32,000 bases of DNA from Haloquadratum walsbyi C23 (GCF_000237865.1 NC_017459.1:1350001-1382000), one strand, 5' to 3'. Positions 9,181 to 19,656 are shown, numbered from the stretch's first letter. Notes: generated by a model from the sequence alone, not told the origin. Made by a program: numbers and translations.

Positions 9181-9589
9181 CCATCTTGCACGCCAACCGG
9201 CGACAATATCGCAAATCTGATCGGTGTTTCGCTCGGTTAGGCAAGAGCGTCTTTAGATATGGCTTCGATGCAAGTGATGATATCATCGCCGACGTCCTGA
9301 ACTCAAAGGGTCGGATTGTGGAAGTATCAGGTCTTAGCATGTGGATATATCAGCTCAAAAACTGGTCATCGAGCGCCTCGCAGAGCACAATTCCGACATT
9401 GCACAGACAATTGAACAAAGTCATGCATATCATCTTGAAATGTTTCTCAACTAGTCTGACGGAGACGGGTTTTTATTGTGTTCATGGGTTCATTATTTTT
9501 ATGCAATCACCCGCCCTCACAGGAGTATTGTGCCGAACCGATCTCATGCGTGGTCATATCACGTTGCTGAAACTACTGTACGAATAGAA

Positions 9590-9913
9590 TGAACCACTCA
9601 GTCGAACGGAACTGGCGGAGAGACTCCAAGGGGGATGCATTAGAATCCAGAGCGGAGTCTCACAGGAATCCTCGGAGCCTTTGGCAAGCGGGTCAACGAA
9701 ACTCAAAATGTATCGGGGAGTCCTGGTATGAGCGCCTTCATCAAACGTGAGCAGATTGAGGATGAAACGCACTACTCGCTGCGACCGGAAGGGCAGAAGA
9801 CGATTGAGAATGTTCCCGTTCTGATGGAGAAATTAAACAAACCGTGGAATGAGTTGCTTGAGTCAGGCACCCGGATTGAAGCTGTGAATCTCGTTCCGAA
9901 TGTCAAGAAATAA
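9590..9913 (+). pseudogene. Frameshifted winged-helix regulator remnant
   Basis: One frame reads NEPLSRTELAERLQG..., which resembles an HTH recognition region, and ends in a stop. The next frame continues ...HYSLRPEGQKTIENV..., which resembles a wHTH wing and dimerisation helix. This is a weak assignment. Confidence 0.3.
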
Positions 9914-10447
9914 AATATTAAAATAGAGGGCTCTATTGAAATATGTCACATACAATACAAATAGAGTGCTGAATACAGCGTGCTCATTCAGCAAGCTTGA
10001 TATCATTCTTGACAGACCGATATTCGAACGCGGCGAGGACGACACAGTTGAGATGGAAAAACTGTCTGACCCAGGTGGGTTCGCCGACGCGATGGGTGAG
10101 TTGGGGCGTCGTACCGCTGACAGGTCGATCGACGCCAGAACACGAGAGTGAAGCAGACGGCACGTGACTACCCGAGCGTGGACACGGACAGACTCCGCTG
10201 GGGGGTCGAATCGTCTTCACGAGTGTTCACGGCGACGAGATACGGATTTATTGCTCTCAACAGAGAACGAACCACGCGACACAAGAGAGCCGACTCCTGA
10301 TGTATCTCGAAGACTCGAGGTCAAACGGCTTACAGACGGCTCCGATGCTAATAGGACACACCAACAGAGTATATGTCAAAATTGCGGGGAGCTTGAGTCT
10401 AACTATATAAAAGGTCTTAATTGTGAGGTATATCTACAATATCTTAG

Positions 10448-11917
10448 ATGTCATCAGACGATCCAAACACGACACGACGGCGCGTACTCTTTGGCGTTGG
10501 TGCTGGAGCGACAGTTGGACTCGCTGGCTGTCTTGGTAACAGTGACGATGGCGATGCCGGTACTGATACCGATACCGATACACCGACTGAAGAGCCAACA
10601 AACACACCGACAGATGAGGAAACGCCGACTGAGGAACCTGAGGGAACCGCTAACGTCCGCGTAGCGCATCTGTCACCGAACGCCCCGAACGTTGATGTAT
10701 ATGTGGATGGTTCAGTGGTCCTCGAAGACGTCCCCTTCGGTGCAGTGAGCGAGTACCTCGAAGTTCCTGCCGGCGAGCGCGAAATTGAGATCACCGCAGC
10801 GGGTGACGCCGATACCTCGGTCTTCGCTGGAGCAGTCCCAGTCGAGGCAGACACAGATTATACCGTTGCCGCAACCGGCGAACTCGGCGACATGGCAGAC
10901 CAAACGTTCGAACCGCTTGTCCTCGAAGATGATAATAGCGAACCTGGTAGCGACACTGCCCGCATCCGAGCCGTCCACGCTTCCCCAGACGCGCCGACTA
11001 TTGACATTACCACTGCGTCCAACGGTGATGCCCTCTTTGACGCCGTCGAGTACGGTGAATCCGGCTACGTAGAGGTTCCTGCGGGCGAGTACACACTTGA
11101 GATTCGCGGTGACACCGACGCTAGCGACGGTGACGTGGTCGCCGAATTCGACGTGAGCCTCGCTGGTGGACAGGTGTACACAGCCTTCGCCGCCGGCTAT
11201 CTCAGCCCCGATGATGAACCGGGAGACACTCCCTTTGATCTACTTGTCTCACAGGACACCAACGGCGGGATGATGTCGACGAGTCCGGGGAATGTCCGAG
11301 TGTCACACATGTCACCGAACGCTCCGAATGTGGACGTGTATGTTGACGAGTCAGTCGTTCTTGAAGACGTTCCGTTCGGAACAACGAGTGATTACCTCGA
11401 ACTTCCGGCCGGTGACCACACTGTCGAGATCACTGCGGCTGGCGACCCAGAGACTTCGGTCTTCTCGGGTACCGTACCTATCGAGGCAGACACAGACTAT
11501 ACCATCGTCGCAGCCGGTGAGCTTGGCGACATGGTAGATCAGACGTTCGAACCACTAATACTCGAAGATGACAATTCGAGCCCCGGCGAGGATACCGCGC
11601 GGGTCCGGGCGGTCCACGTGTCCCCTGACGCTCCAGCTGTTGACATTACAGCCAGTTCGACGGGAGACACGCTGTTTAATGGAGTCGGGTTCAGTGGGTC
11701 AGGTTACACAGAGGTTCCTGCGAACGACTACACCCTCCAGATCAGAGGCGATACCGAGAGCAACGATGGCGAGGTGGTTGCTGACTTTGATGTGAGTCTG
11801 AACGGCGGGCAGGTGTACACTGCTTTCGCCGCCGGCTATCTTAGCCCAGACGACGAACCACAGGATGTAGCTTTCGACCTGTTCGTGACACAAGATACGA
11901 GTGAAATGTCAAACTAA
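10448..11917 (+). CDS. Secreted Tat lipoprotein with duplicated DUF4397-type domains (489 aa)
   Basis: The N-terminus TRRRVLFGVGAGATVGLAGC carries a twin-arginine motif and a lipobox Cys. A T/D/E/P-rich linker follows. The rest consists of blocks such as VRVAHLSPNAPNVDVYVDG...VPFG...Y.EVPAG.. that are typical of DUF4397. Confidence 0.85.
   Translation: MSSDDPNTTRRRVLFGVGAGATVGLAGCLGNSDDGDAGTDTDTDTPTEEPTNTPTDEETPTEEPEGTANVRVAHLSPNAPNVDVYVDGSVVLEDVPFGAVSEYLEVPAGEREIEITAAGDADTSVFAGAVPVEADTDYTVAATGELGDMADQTFEPLVLEDDNSEPGSDTARIRAVHASPDAPTIDITTASNGDALFDAVEYGESGYVEVPAGEYTLEIRGDTDASDGDVVAEFDVSLAGGQVYTAFAAGYLSPDDEPGDTPFDLLVSQDTNGGMMSTSPGNVRVSHMSPNAPNVDVYVDESVVLEDVPFGTTSDYLELPAGDHTVEITAAGDPETSVFSGTVPIEADTDYTIVAAGELGDMVDQTFEPLILEDDNSSPGEDTARVRAVHVSPDAPAVDITASSTGDTLFNGVGFSGSGYTEVPANDYTLQIRGDTESNDGEVVADFDVSLNGGQVYTAFAAGYLSPDDEPQDVAFDLFVTQDTSEMSN
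10649..11899 (+). repeat. Intragenic tandem duplication, two units of about 610 nt with a period of 639 nt (213 aa)
   Basis: Residues 68-270 and 281-484 align colinearly with high identity (ANVRVAHLSPNAPNVDVYVDGSVVLEDVPFG... versus GNVRVSHMSPNAPNVDVYVDESVVLEDVPFG...). Confidence 0.85.
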
Positions 11918-14546
11918 GTATCAAGTAGGTCTGTAACCATCTCCAAATTCGTTCCCTGCTGACGTCACCCCACTATAACGCATCTGATCGGTGATTTATA
12001 CAGACAATATAGTGGAGGCACAGAAGATTTTACAATTCGGCTCAACCGCGCTTTGTCAATTGCTACCTCACGGTGTGTACGCAAATCCGATATTTGATTC
12101 TAACATACTCTCCTCAGCAGCGAGCAATTATCATTTGTGAATAGAGCCGGCTACGATGGCGGTGAATTGGTTTCCTATGTGAGTGTAGAGCTGATGTTCA
12201 AAACAAAAAACAAAAAACAAAATTGTGAGGCTACGGTATTGGTCTTAGCTCACGGTTGCAGTTACGAACCAAGCCCCCCAGCTCCTGAATTGCTTATCAA
12301 ACACGATTAGTTGCGAGCCGATAGGTCACCGCTCGTTCAATTCAGTTCCGACATTGCATGATACCAGAGCCAAACCCAGAGATTCACGCTGTAGGCGATG
12401 GATTTGAACTAAATATTCGTCGATCTCGACGGCTTCATTTCCGAGTTCCTCCACATTACTGGAACATAAGACACGGAATTCGACTGAGACTCACTCATCA
12501 ATCTACTCATTCAATATCAGTATTTGAAGTTTCACTGATATATAACAAAAAGTATAAAATCACTGGCTTTGTCACACCAATTGGTATTCAAATAATTGAG
12601 TACTGCCCGATAAAATGGTTGTGGGTTCGCTCATACGCAGGCAAGCATTGAGGGCGACACTGCACTGAGCCGTCATCAGCTTAGGTCACTGAATGATAAG
12701 AGTCGGAAGCTCCCATTATTTCCCTTTGATCTATTGGGGGTTCCCCTTCCTCCATTAAATTATAGTAGATTCTTTTGTGTAACGGTGTCTGGTCAGTGTC
12801 ATATGCTGAATATGAATTATGATCTTGGATAACCGAGAAACGACATGAAAGGCGCAGGTAGTCTCTATCCATGACTCACTAGAGAACCTTGTGAAACGAC
12901 CGACGAACCGACACGCTCGAAGGCATTAGACCGAGCAACCCGATATTATCTGCGTATGTGCGGTGGTGTCGCTGCCTACGGACGCGGTGACATTCATAGT
13001 CATTAATGCAAGTCTCTACCGCCGTGATTATCCGTGTCCGTGATGGGAGCCGCTGAATCCGCGTCATCCGACACCGTCAGTGAAACTATTCAAATTAATC
13101 ACTATCAAAGGGTACTCGATGACGCAAAGAGTCAGGAGAGTCTCATGACACCGGAGATTACAATCATTTTCGATAAGCGCGGGTTGACAGTGACGCATAA
13201 GATGCACTCATCCGTGTGAGACCGGATTGAATTTTCGTTGAGGGATTCCATGTGCAGAGACTGACGCCGTGAAGTTAGTGGCAGATATTTGATTCTGCAG
13301 AGTCAGACCACCCATTCGTGATCATTCCAATTGTTATGCCCAAGTATTAATATGAGAAATGTATAATTCAGCTTGGTTGTCAGGGTATCTCTCCGAACTT
13401 TCCGAGATGCAAAAAACGTACTCTGGATGAGTCAGTCTCAGAATGGCTTGGAGAGCACGGGAATGAGTTTTTTTCTTCCCATTACCCTACAACCGCCTTT
13501 GATACAGTGTAGATATAAATAATTACGTGATTCTGCCATCCTCAGGGTAGGAACACTATTTTTTCGCTTCTCAAATAGATGTAATTATGTTAGAGAGAAG
13601 CTAGCGTGTCTACTACACGGATATGATAGATTCATAGCGTTTTGTACCGATTGCAGAGAGTATGATATATCCAAAAGTAGCTGAGATTCAAATGACCCTT
13701 CCGCATGAGAGATTGCAACTATTCTCGATGACCCCGAGTTACCGGTGACGTCTGAGATTATATCCTCGGTCGGTCCTGGTCACAGTTCCAGTCCGGAGTG
13801 ACGGTTTTACCGTTTTTTAATTGGTTCAGGGGAGCCTGTTGTCTTGAAATGGACATCAACCCCCTGAGAGAACGTAGTTGAGACGATTCCGGCTTTACGT
13901 ACAGAAAACCACCGATGTTCTGAAATCTGTTGGGTAAGCAACCGGAACAATAACTCATGTTAGCTGCCGAGTGACCGGGGAACGCCCGGCTCCGGTGGGA
14001 ACCGGTGTACATTCATCGCGGGTTATCGAGCAGCCCGGACGACATGTCACATCTGGAGAATAATGACTTTGTAGCGGTCAGTCGCTCACGCAGATTCTGT
14101 TGTCCCGTCGTGAACCGGTCGACAGGCGGAATCCCACCGTCACTTTCTCTGTCTTCACGTACTTTATTCAACCCAACGACGACTTTGCTTGGGTGGATAG
14201 CATCTCACCTACCCTGATGAAATTACAAGATCGATTCACGCCGCTTCCCCCGTCACTAGAGAATCAGAATAGTGTTCCTCAAGCTTGGCGTCCTCTAATC
14301 AAAGAACTCGCTGAGTATCAAACAGCTCTCTTTATACTCCTGTAAGGCTCCTGCCAGCAATAGGGCTGGTAGCTCCACTTGCTGCAGTATATCTGCATAC
14401 GCTATTACTCCACGAAAGCCCTACTAGAAGCTGGATGACCAACACAGAATGTGGGCTCCGGACGATCTCCAAGATTGCCCAGCAGGACGAGGTATTCGAC
14501 AGGTCGGGCAAAATATCTTTACCGCTCGTCGCGAAATAAAACTCTC

Positions 14547-15218
14547 ATGCAACTCGTCGCCCATCGTGGCTTCGATAAGCAGTACTCCGCGAACACCGTT
14601 GCAGCTGTCGAAAGGGCGATTCAAAACGCCGATATGGTCGAACTCGACATTCGTCGGTGTGCATCGGGCGAGCTTGTCGTCGCACATAACGCTCTGGTTG
14701 ACATCGATATCGACGGTATTGACCGAGTTGACGAGTTGACTGCCACAGAACTCGCCGCTCTTGATGCTCACGACGGAGAGGGTGTCCAGACGCTCAACAC
14801 CGTTCTCGACATGGTTCCCGCCGAGGTGGGTGTTAATCTTGAGTTGAAGGATCCCAAAATCACAGAACAGGCCCTTACAGTAGCCGAATCGGTCCCAAAT
14901 GAAGTGATTATCTCGTCGTTCGACCCCGATGCTCTTCATGATGTCCACCCTGAAGAGAACACGAACGTTGAATTAGCATACGTACTCGGGGCAACCCCTG
15001 ACGACGACCTGGCGGTCGCGATGGATCTTGACTGCGCGTTCGTCCACCCGAATGCGTGGTTATGCCTGCTGACCGGTGTCGTCGCCAGAGCTCATGACGC
15101 AGGACTGGCGGTTAACGCATGGACCGTTGATTCCCGCCCAGGAGCATGGGCACTCTCTCGGCGTGGCGTCGACGGGCTCATCGCGAGTTCACCACATGTG
15201 GTGGATTGGGTCAACTAA
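14547..15218 (+). CDS. Glycerophosphodiester phosphodiesterase (GDPD family)
   Basis: The motifs LVAHRGF...ANTVAAVERAI...VELDIRRCASGELVVAHN match the HRG / E-x-D / H-(D/N) GDPD pattern. I prefer the ATG at 14547 over the listed upstream start at 14451, because the N-terminal extension is basic and atypical. Confidence 0.8.
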   Translation: MQLVAHRGFDKQYSANTVAAVERAIQNADMVELDIRRCASGELVVAHNALVDIDIDGIDRVDELTATELAALDAHDGEGVQTLNTVLDMVPAEVGVNLELKDPKITEQALTVAESVPNEVIISSFDPDALHDVHPEENTNVELAYVLGATPDDDLAVAMDLDCAFVHPNAWLCLLTGVVARAHDAGLAVNAWTVDSRPGAWALSRRGVDGLIASSPHVVDWVN

Positions 15219-15371
15219 GCGACACGGACCATCGCTAATCCACTCTCCAGGCGACTCGTCCACAATCGCTCCGCAAAGTCCGTGTCCTGTCCCCTGCACA
15301 CAGGTCTTGAGAAGACTCGGTTCTCCTACGCAGTGTGAAACCCTAGTTCTACATTGGCTTGGCGAATTTGA

Positions 15372-16626
15372 AGATATACAACGGCTGACCGGAGCGAATT
15401 CGTAGGTATCCGCCTCACACCAGAAGAACATGAGAAGTTCACGGAGTACATCGAAGACTTGAACGAGTTCGATACCATGGGTCGATTCTTCAGGACGGTC
15501 GCTCATCGGTATATTGCTACTGAAGATGAAGAGCCGTCTCTCGACTCCGAAGAGATCATTGAGGAGGAGACCCCCGTCGCATCAACGAAACTCGTTTCCG
15601 AGCAGTTGCTTCCACAGGGACGGTCGTTCGGTCTGAGTATGGGACTGGTGATGCAGTTCCCCGGACAGGTCCGAAATCGGAGCGAACGCGCCTACGACGA
15701 GGTCCTCAACAACATCAAGACGAAGCTCGTCGGGAACATCTCCATCGAGCGCGACCTCGCAGAGTCGCTGACCCACGAAGACCTGAGCCCGACCGACCTC
15801 AGAAATCGGAACAACACACTCCCCAGCGGAGAGTGGATCGCACAACTGCCGAGTTCGTCATTCGGGAAGACGGGGGCACCCCCATTCTCGGTGAAGCCGC
15901 TTCCGATAGCAGCCGGCCATCTAGAGAGTGACGAGCCGCTCTCTGTCGAACAGGAGGAGCACTTCGAGACCGTGTGGTCCTCCCATGGCTTTCGGAGCGA
16001 ACACAGGTCCAGTATGGGGTTGCTGAGACTACCAGCGAATCGGAGACAGCCGAAGACGAGGGCTGGGGAAGTAGACCGAACGACGAAGGTTCGACATCCG
16101 TAGACTCGCCTAGCCCTACGGACTCGTCGCAGTCGTCGTTCATCGGACAGGCAGCTAGTGGTTCGGCGACCACTGAAGAGGAGGAAAAAGAGACACAGAC
16201 ACCACCTCATTATTTGAAGATTCCGTGACAACTGAGCCGGAAGAACCAGTCAGTGAACAAGAGGAGACTGGATCGTCACCAGTATAGGCAGGTGGTGTAA
16301 CCGTTCTAGATGACGAACTCCAGCGGCGCGGACTCACGCACGACGACGTCCGATTCTTGACCCGCATCCTCGACATCATGAATGGTGACGCACCAAATCA
16401 CAGACTCTTGAATTCAATGAGTTCGTTCAAGAGCGACTTTGAGGATCTGGATGTGCAACGGCTCGTCGAGCAAGACCTGCTGGAGGAAGGACGAGCATGC
16501 GGTCGGAAGTACTACACAGTCCTCCCGGCAGGGCGTGAACTCCTCGGTCAGAAGCTCAAGGTCGGTCCTGGACAGGGGGACATCGGTGAGAAGACACCGT
16601 ACTTGGTGGCTTGGGCTCGTCGTTGA
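15372..16626 (+). pseudogene. Chimeric, multiply frameshifted remnant: a small plasmid-type protein N-terminus fused to the C-terminal part of a HerA/VirB4-like ATPase plus a wHTH-like tail
   Basis: The remnant begins with FVGIRLTPEEHEKFTEYIEDLNEFDTMGRFFRTVAHRYIA. This runs in frame into GRSFGLSMGLVMQFPGQVRNRSERAYDEVLNNIKTKLVGN, an arginine-finger/sensor-like block found in the C-terminal half of DUF87-type ATPases. No Walker A or B motif is present. The frame changes near 15975 and 16230. The tail reads ...LVEQDLLEEGRACGRKYYTVLPAGRELL. Confidence 0.5.
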
Positions 16627-16774
16627 CGCCCTCGCGGCACTCACGCGCTTTCGCGTCGAGCTGGACCACCTCGAAGGTCCGTTACAGCTGTGCGCCCGCT
16701 GTAGTCTGAGGGGGCTCGCGACGTACTGGACGCGCGACCTCGAGGAGCATCTCGTCGCAACGCCAGCCGAGTGA
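16612..16774 (+). pseudogene. 3' remnant of a paralogue of the zinc-finger gene at 21790-22125
   Basis: The nucleotide sequence 16612-16757 aligns with 21963-22108 with roughly four of five positions identical. At peptide level LVVDALAALTRFRVELDHLEGPLQLCARC..GLATYWTRDLEEHL matches LVVDALAALTRFRVELGHLEGPLQFCARC..GLATYWTRDLEEHL. Only the last CxxC is retained. Confidence 0.6.
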
Positions 16775-16865
16775 GTCCCCTCCCGCGCGTCTGGGCACGG
16801 AAACACCTTATCCACGGTAGCAAACATGCCAAACAACTATGTTTCAACGCCCCCAACACTAGGTT

Positions 16866-17225
16866 ATGTCAAGCGGTACCATCGATATCGACGAGTTTGA
16901 GAACGCTGACGCCGACGAATTCGAGGAGCGGAATGATACTGAGCGGATCGTGCTGTTCCTCGACAAGAATGACGACCGGGCGTGGAAGGCGACAACAATC
17001 GCCGAACAACTCGGGCTGGATACAGACGCCGTCAGTGCAATTCTCTCGCGATTGAAGGAACGCGGTCTCGTGCGGCACAAGCGCCCGTACTGGGCGATCA
17101 CGGACGATGAGGAACGGCTCCAATCCGCCTACCGGCTCCACCGACACCACGAGACGGCAGACGAACACTACGGTGAGGAGCGTCTCGAGGAACTCCAGAC
17201 CGACGAGATGGAAGACGTACAGTGA
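16866..17225 (+). CDS. Winged-helix (MarR/TrmB-like) protein, putative antitoxin
   Basis: The wHTH pattern is WKATTIAEQLGLDTDAVSAILSRLKERGLVRHKRPYWAIT. Both termini are acidic. The stop overlaps the start of the MazF-like gene (GTGA at 17222-17225). Confidence 0.65.
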   Translation: MSSGTIDIDEFENADADEFEERNDTERIVLFLDKNDDRAWKATTIAEQLGLDTDAVSAILSRLKERGLVRHKRPYWAITDDEERLQSAYRLHRHHETADEHYGEERLEELQTDEMEDVQ

Positions 17226-17563
17226 CTACGTTTGAGGGCTTGGAACGTGGCGACATCGCCTGGGCGAGTGACCCGCTCTCGGAGAAAGGTCGCCCGATGC
17301 TCATTCTGGGAGCGCCGAATCTCCCGAATCATGGTACCCAACTCATCACGGTCCTGCTTTCCACGAAGACCTACCACGAGGAGGCACTCACACTCCGAGA
17401 CGACGACTACGAGGGCGACCCACTCGGAGAACGAAGCCACGTGCTTCCGTGGTCGCTCGCGACCCTCAACAGTGCTACCGATGTTGAGCACTACCTGACC
17501 TCTCTCGTCGACGATCGCACCGAAGATGTGACCAGCCAGTTGATCGACTACATATCTTCTTGA
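17222..17563 (+). CDS. PemK/MazF-like toxin (113 aa)
   Basis: The sequence ERGDIAWASDPLSEKGRPMLILGAP......LITVLLSTK...SHVLPWSLATL follows the MazF/PemK SH3-barrel pattern (RGDI.w......RP.lVl...v.p.Ts). It is coupled to the upstream wHTH gene. Confidence 0.65.
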   Translation: MTTFEGLERGDIAWASDPLSEKGRPMLILGAPNLPNHGTQLITVLLSTKTYHEEALTLRDDDYEGDPLGERSHVLPWSLATLNSATDVEHYLTSLVDDRTEDVTSQLIDYISS

Positions 17564-18331
17564 GAACCTGAGTTCTTGAAAGAGGAACTGGAGGAGAAGA
17601 GGGACCAACTTGAAATCATAAAAACACGGAAAGAGCAATCCGGATTTGCAGAGTATAAGCGTGAAAAGGAGAAGATAGAGCATGAAATCGAAGATCTGCG
17701 GGACAAGAATACTTCCCTCGAACTCAGTATCGACGCGAAGAAAGACTCGTTACATGGTGTTGCCCGGCAGGTGTGGGAGTGGAGCCAGATTGACGAGGAA
17801 AGACAGAGGAAGGAGCGACGGATGGATGCGTTGGAGTCCTAGCAAAACAGTATATCCGAGGAGCGGAAGGAAGCCCGTCAACGGTTGAAGAACAGGCTGG
17901 GAGAGCGGCTGGAATCTCTCTTGGAAATCTTCACACGCGGCACCTTTGCCAATGCCACCGGTGTCCGCTTCGACAGAGGTAATTCGTACAGCTACACGAT
18001 TCACCGTACAGACAATATGCAGAGATCGATAGGACTGTTGGGACAAACTGATGCAGAGCTCCTTCTGCATATGCTGCTTTTCCACACTACGGTTTTGGCA
18101 GAGTTGGAGGAGGAGCGTGAGACGGTTCCGCTCAAACTGCTGCTAATTGACTCGCCCTACGGGAATAGTCCGGACAATGAGGACGCAGCGGACGTTACAG
18201 ACTTCTTGTTGGAACTTCCTGAAATCCTGGAAAGCTACCACCTGATCGTGGCGATGGCAGATTCAAACCTAACCGGCCGGGATAAGCTGGTGGAATCCTA
18301 CGCCTTGGAGCCGGTTGAGAAACATATCTGA
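17564..18331 (+). pseudogene. 5'-truncated, amber-interrupted SMC/Rad50-like ATPase C-terminal remnant
   Basis: The coiled-coil text (LKEELEEKRDQLEIIKTRKEQ...EIEDLRDKNTSLELSIDAKK) continues across an in-frame TAG (17840-17842) into a C-terminal domain. That domain has a Walker-B-like LKLLLIDSPYG and a degenerate signature region. There is no N-terminal Walker A half. The frame is the same as that of the MazF-like ORF, which ends 1 nt upstream. Confidence 0.5.
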
Positions 18332-18533
18332 AAATTTGATTCCCGTATAGGCCCGCAAAGGGAAAGCAGCCTCGGCGCACATACCCTTCATTACGTTTAG
18401 GGGGGACTAGAACGTCGTAATTCAACCCCGTCAAATCTCTCAATAGGTTCGGCAATCCCGCGTAGAGTTTATTTCCCCCTCAATGGGTGAGGGGCTCGCT
18501 GTACTGGCGAGTTCTCGAAACACGGTGAGAACG

Positions 18534-18750
18534 ATGGCAACTAGAGACATCTACGAGAGCGGATTCGACGAAGACGTCCGAACGGAATCGAGTGCAAACC
18601 AGTGTCCCGAGTGCGACGGACGGGTCAACTCGTGCCACGAACGCGGTCGAACCGGTCTGCGAGGACTGTGGCCTGGTCATCGACGAACAGCGAATCGATC
18701 ACGGACCAGAGTGGCGAGCGTACGACGAGGAGCGCGAGCGAACTGGGCGT
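18534..18750 (+). pseudogene. tfb: N-terminal zinc-ribbon fragment of a transcription factor B (TFIIB) gene, frameshifted
   Basis: The fragment begins [31 protein letters not shown]. After a frameshift near 18625 it continues ...[37 protein letters not shown], the characteristic TFB N-terminus. The cyclin-fold core is absent. Confidence 0.7.
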
Positions 18751-18757
18751 TCGGCAA

Positions 18758-19507
18758 GGGTACGCCGAAAAGAACTACGTCAATTCGTGGCTCCTCTGGG
18801 GCATCTTCACGAGCGACTGCGGAGATAACCTCCTGTTCAAAGGCGGGACAGCGCTATCCAAACTGTATTTCCCGCAGTCGTGGCGATTCTCGGAAGATCT
18901 TGATTTTGGCGTCGAAGGGGAGTGCTAGGGATCCAAACAGGAGCTCCGAACGGTCCTCGATACGATTGCTGACCGCTCTGGCATCGATTTCGAGATACGG
19001 GAGCATCACGAATCCCAGCAGGACCACTACCCGACCCACTACGTCGACATCAGGATTCAGTACCGCGCCGTCCTCAACCACCCCAACACGACCAGTATCG
19101 ATGTGATGGTCGACGAGCACTTCGCCTTTGACCCTGTTCAGCACACGCACGCGTACGAAGATGTGCCCGAGTTCGACCTCCAAGCGTACAGCGTCGAGGA
19201 GATCTTCGCCGAAAAGCTCCGAGCGATCTACCAGCGCGGGGCCGCCCGTGACTACTACGACCTCTATCAGCTGCTCGAAACCGATTCGGTCACGATCAAC
19301 TTTGCCGACGTGGGGCCCGCCTTCGACGCGAAGTGCAAACACGATGGGCTCACCGTTGATCTGAACGAGGGACTCCCGGCCGAGCAACAAGAAACGATCC
19401 GCCACCAGTGGGAGACCACGCTGCCGGACCTGACCGGTGATCCGCCGGCGTTCAAGATGGTCTGGGAACAGCTGGACATGGCGATCTCCCGACAGGGATC
19501 GTCGTAG
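18758..19507 (+). pseudogene. AbiEii/DUF1814-type nucleotidyltransferase toxin gene, lacking its 5' end and carrying one in-frame TAG
   Basis: The translation reads [16 protein letters not shown]....NLLFKGGTALSKLYFPQSWRFSEDLDFG, the hallmark FKGGTAL...RFSEDLDF. The frame stays open through the TAG at 18926-18928 to the stop at 19507 (...EEIFAEKLRAIYQRGAARDYYDLY...). No AbiEi partner lies upstream. Confidence 0.7.
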
Positions 19508-19564
19508 GCAACGGCCGATATCGGTGTCGATGGCCGATGGGTGTCGCATCCGGAGCTCTGGTGA

Positions 19565-19605
19565 TTAACCAACAATTCGGGATATCTGGCTGGTGCGTTG
19601 GTTAA
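19565..19605. promoter_or_regulatory. 41-bp inverted-repeat element, copy 1 (TTAACCAAC-N23-GTTGGTTAA)
   Basis: The 9-bp arms are perfect and a GATATC sits near the centre. The element lies 51 nt upstream of the ATG at 19657. Confidence 0.5.
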
Positions 19606-19656
19606 GTTTTTGAGCGCCCGCCGAGGGGCGGAGGCGCATTCCAGCCTCACCGAATC

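Noticed and set aside
10164-10664. 166-aa ORF overlapping the start of the lipoprotein gene
   Set aside because: It is basic and Arg-rich, and it overlaps the clear Tat-signal start at 10448 in another frame. The upstream part lies in a region with no coding signature.
13034-13219. A 61-aa ORF containing IQINHYQRVLD, echoing VQLQYYQRVLD in the 208-aa operon protein (near 4930-4965)
   Set aside because: The match covers only 11 residues. The flanking text does not align convincingly and the upstream frames are broken by stops. It is probably chance, but a proper alignment of 12.9-13.3 kb against 4480-5106 would settle it.
14424-14948. 174-aa minus-strand ORF overlapping the GDPD gene
   Set aside because: The + strand has the GDPD catalytic motifs, and the antisense translation has no recognisable features.
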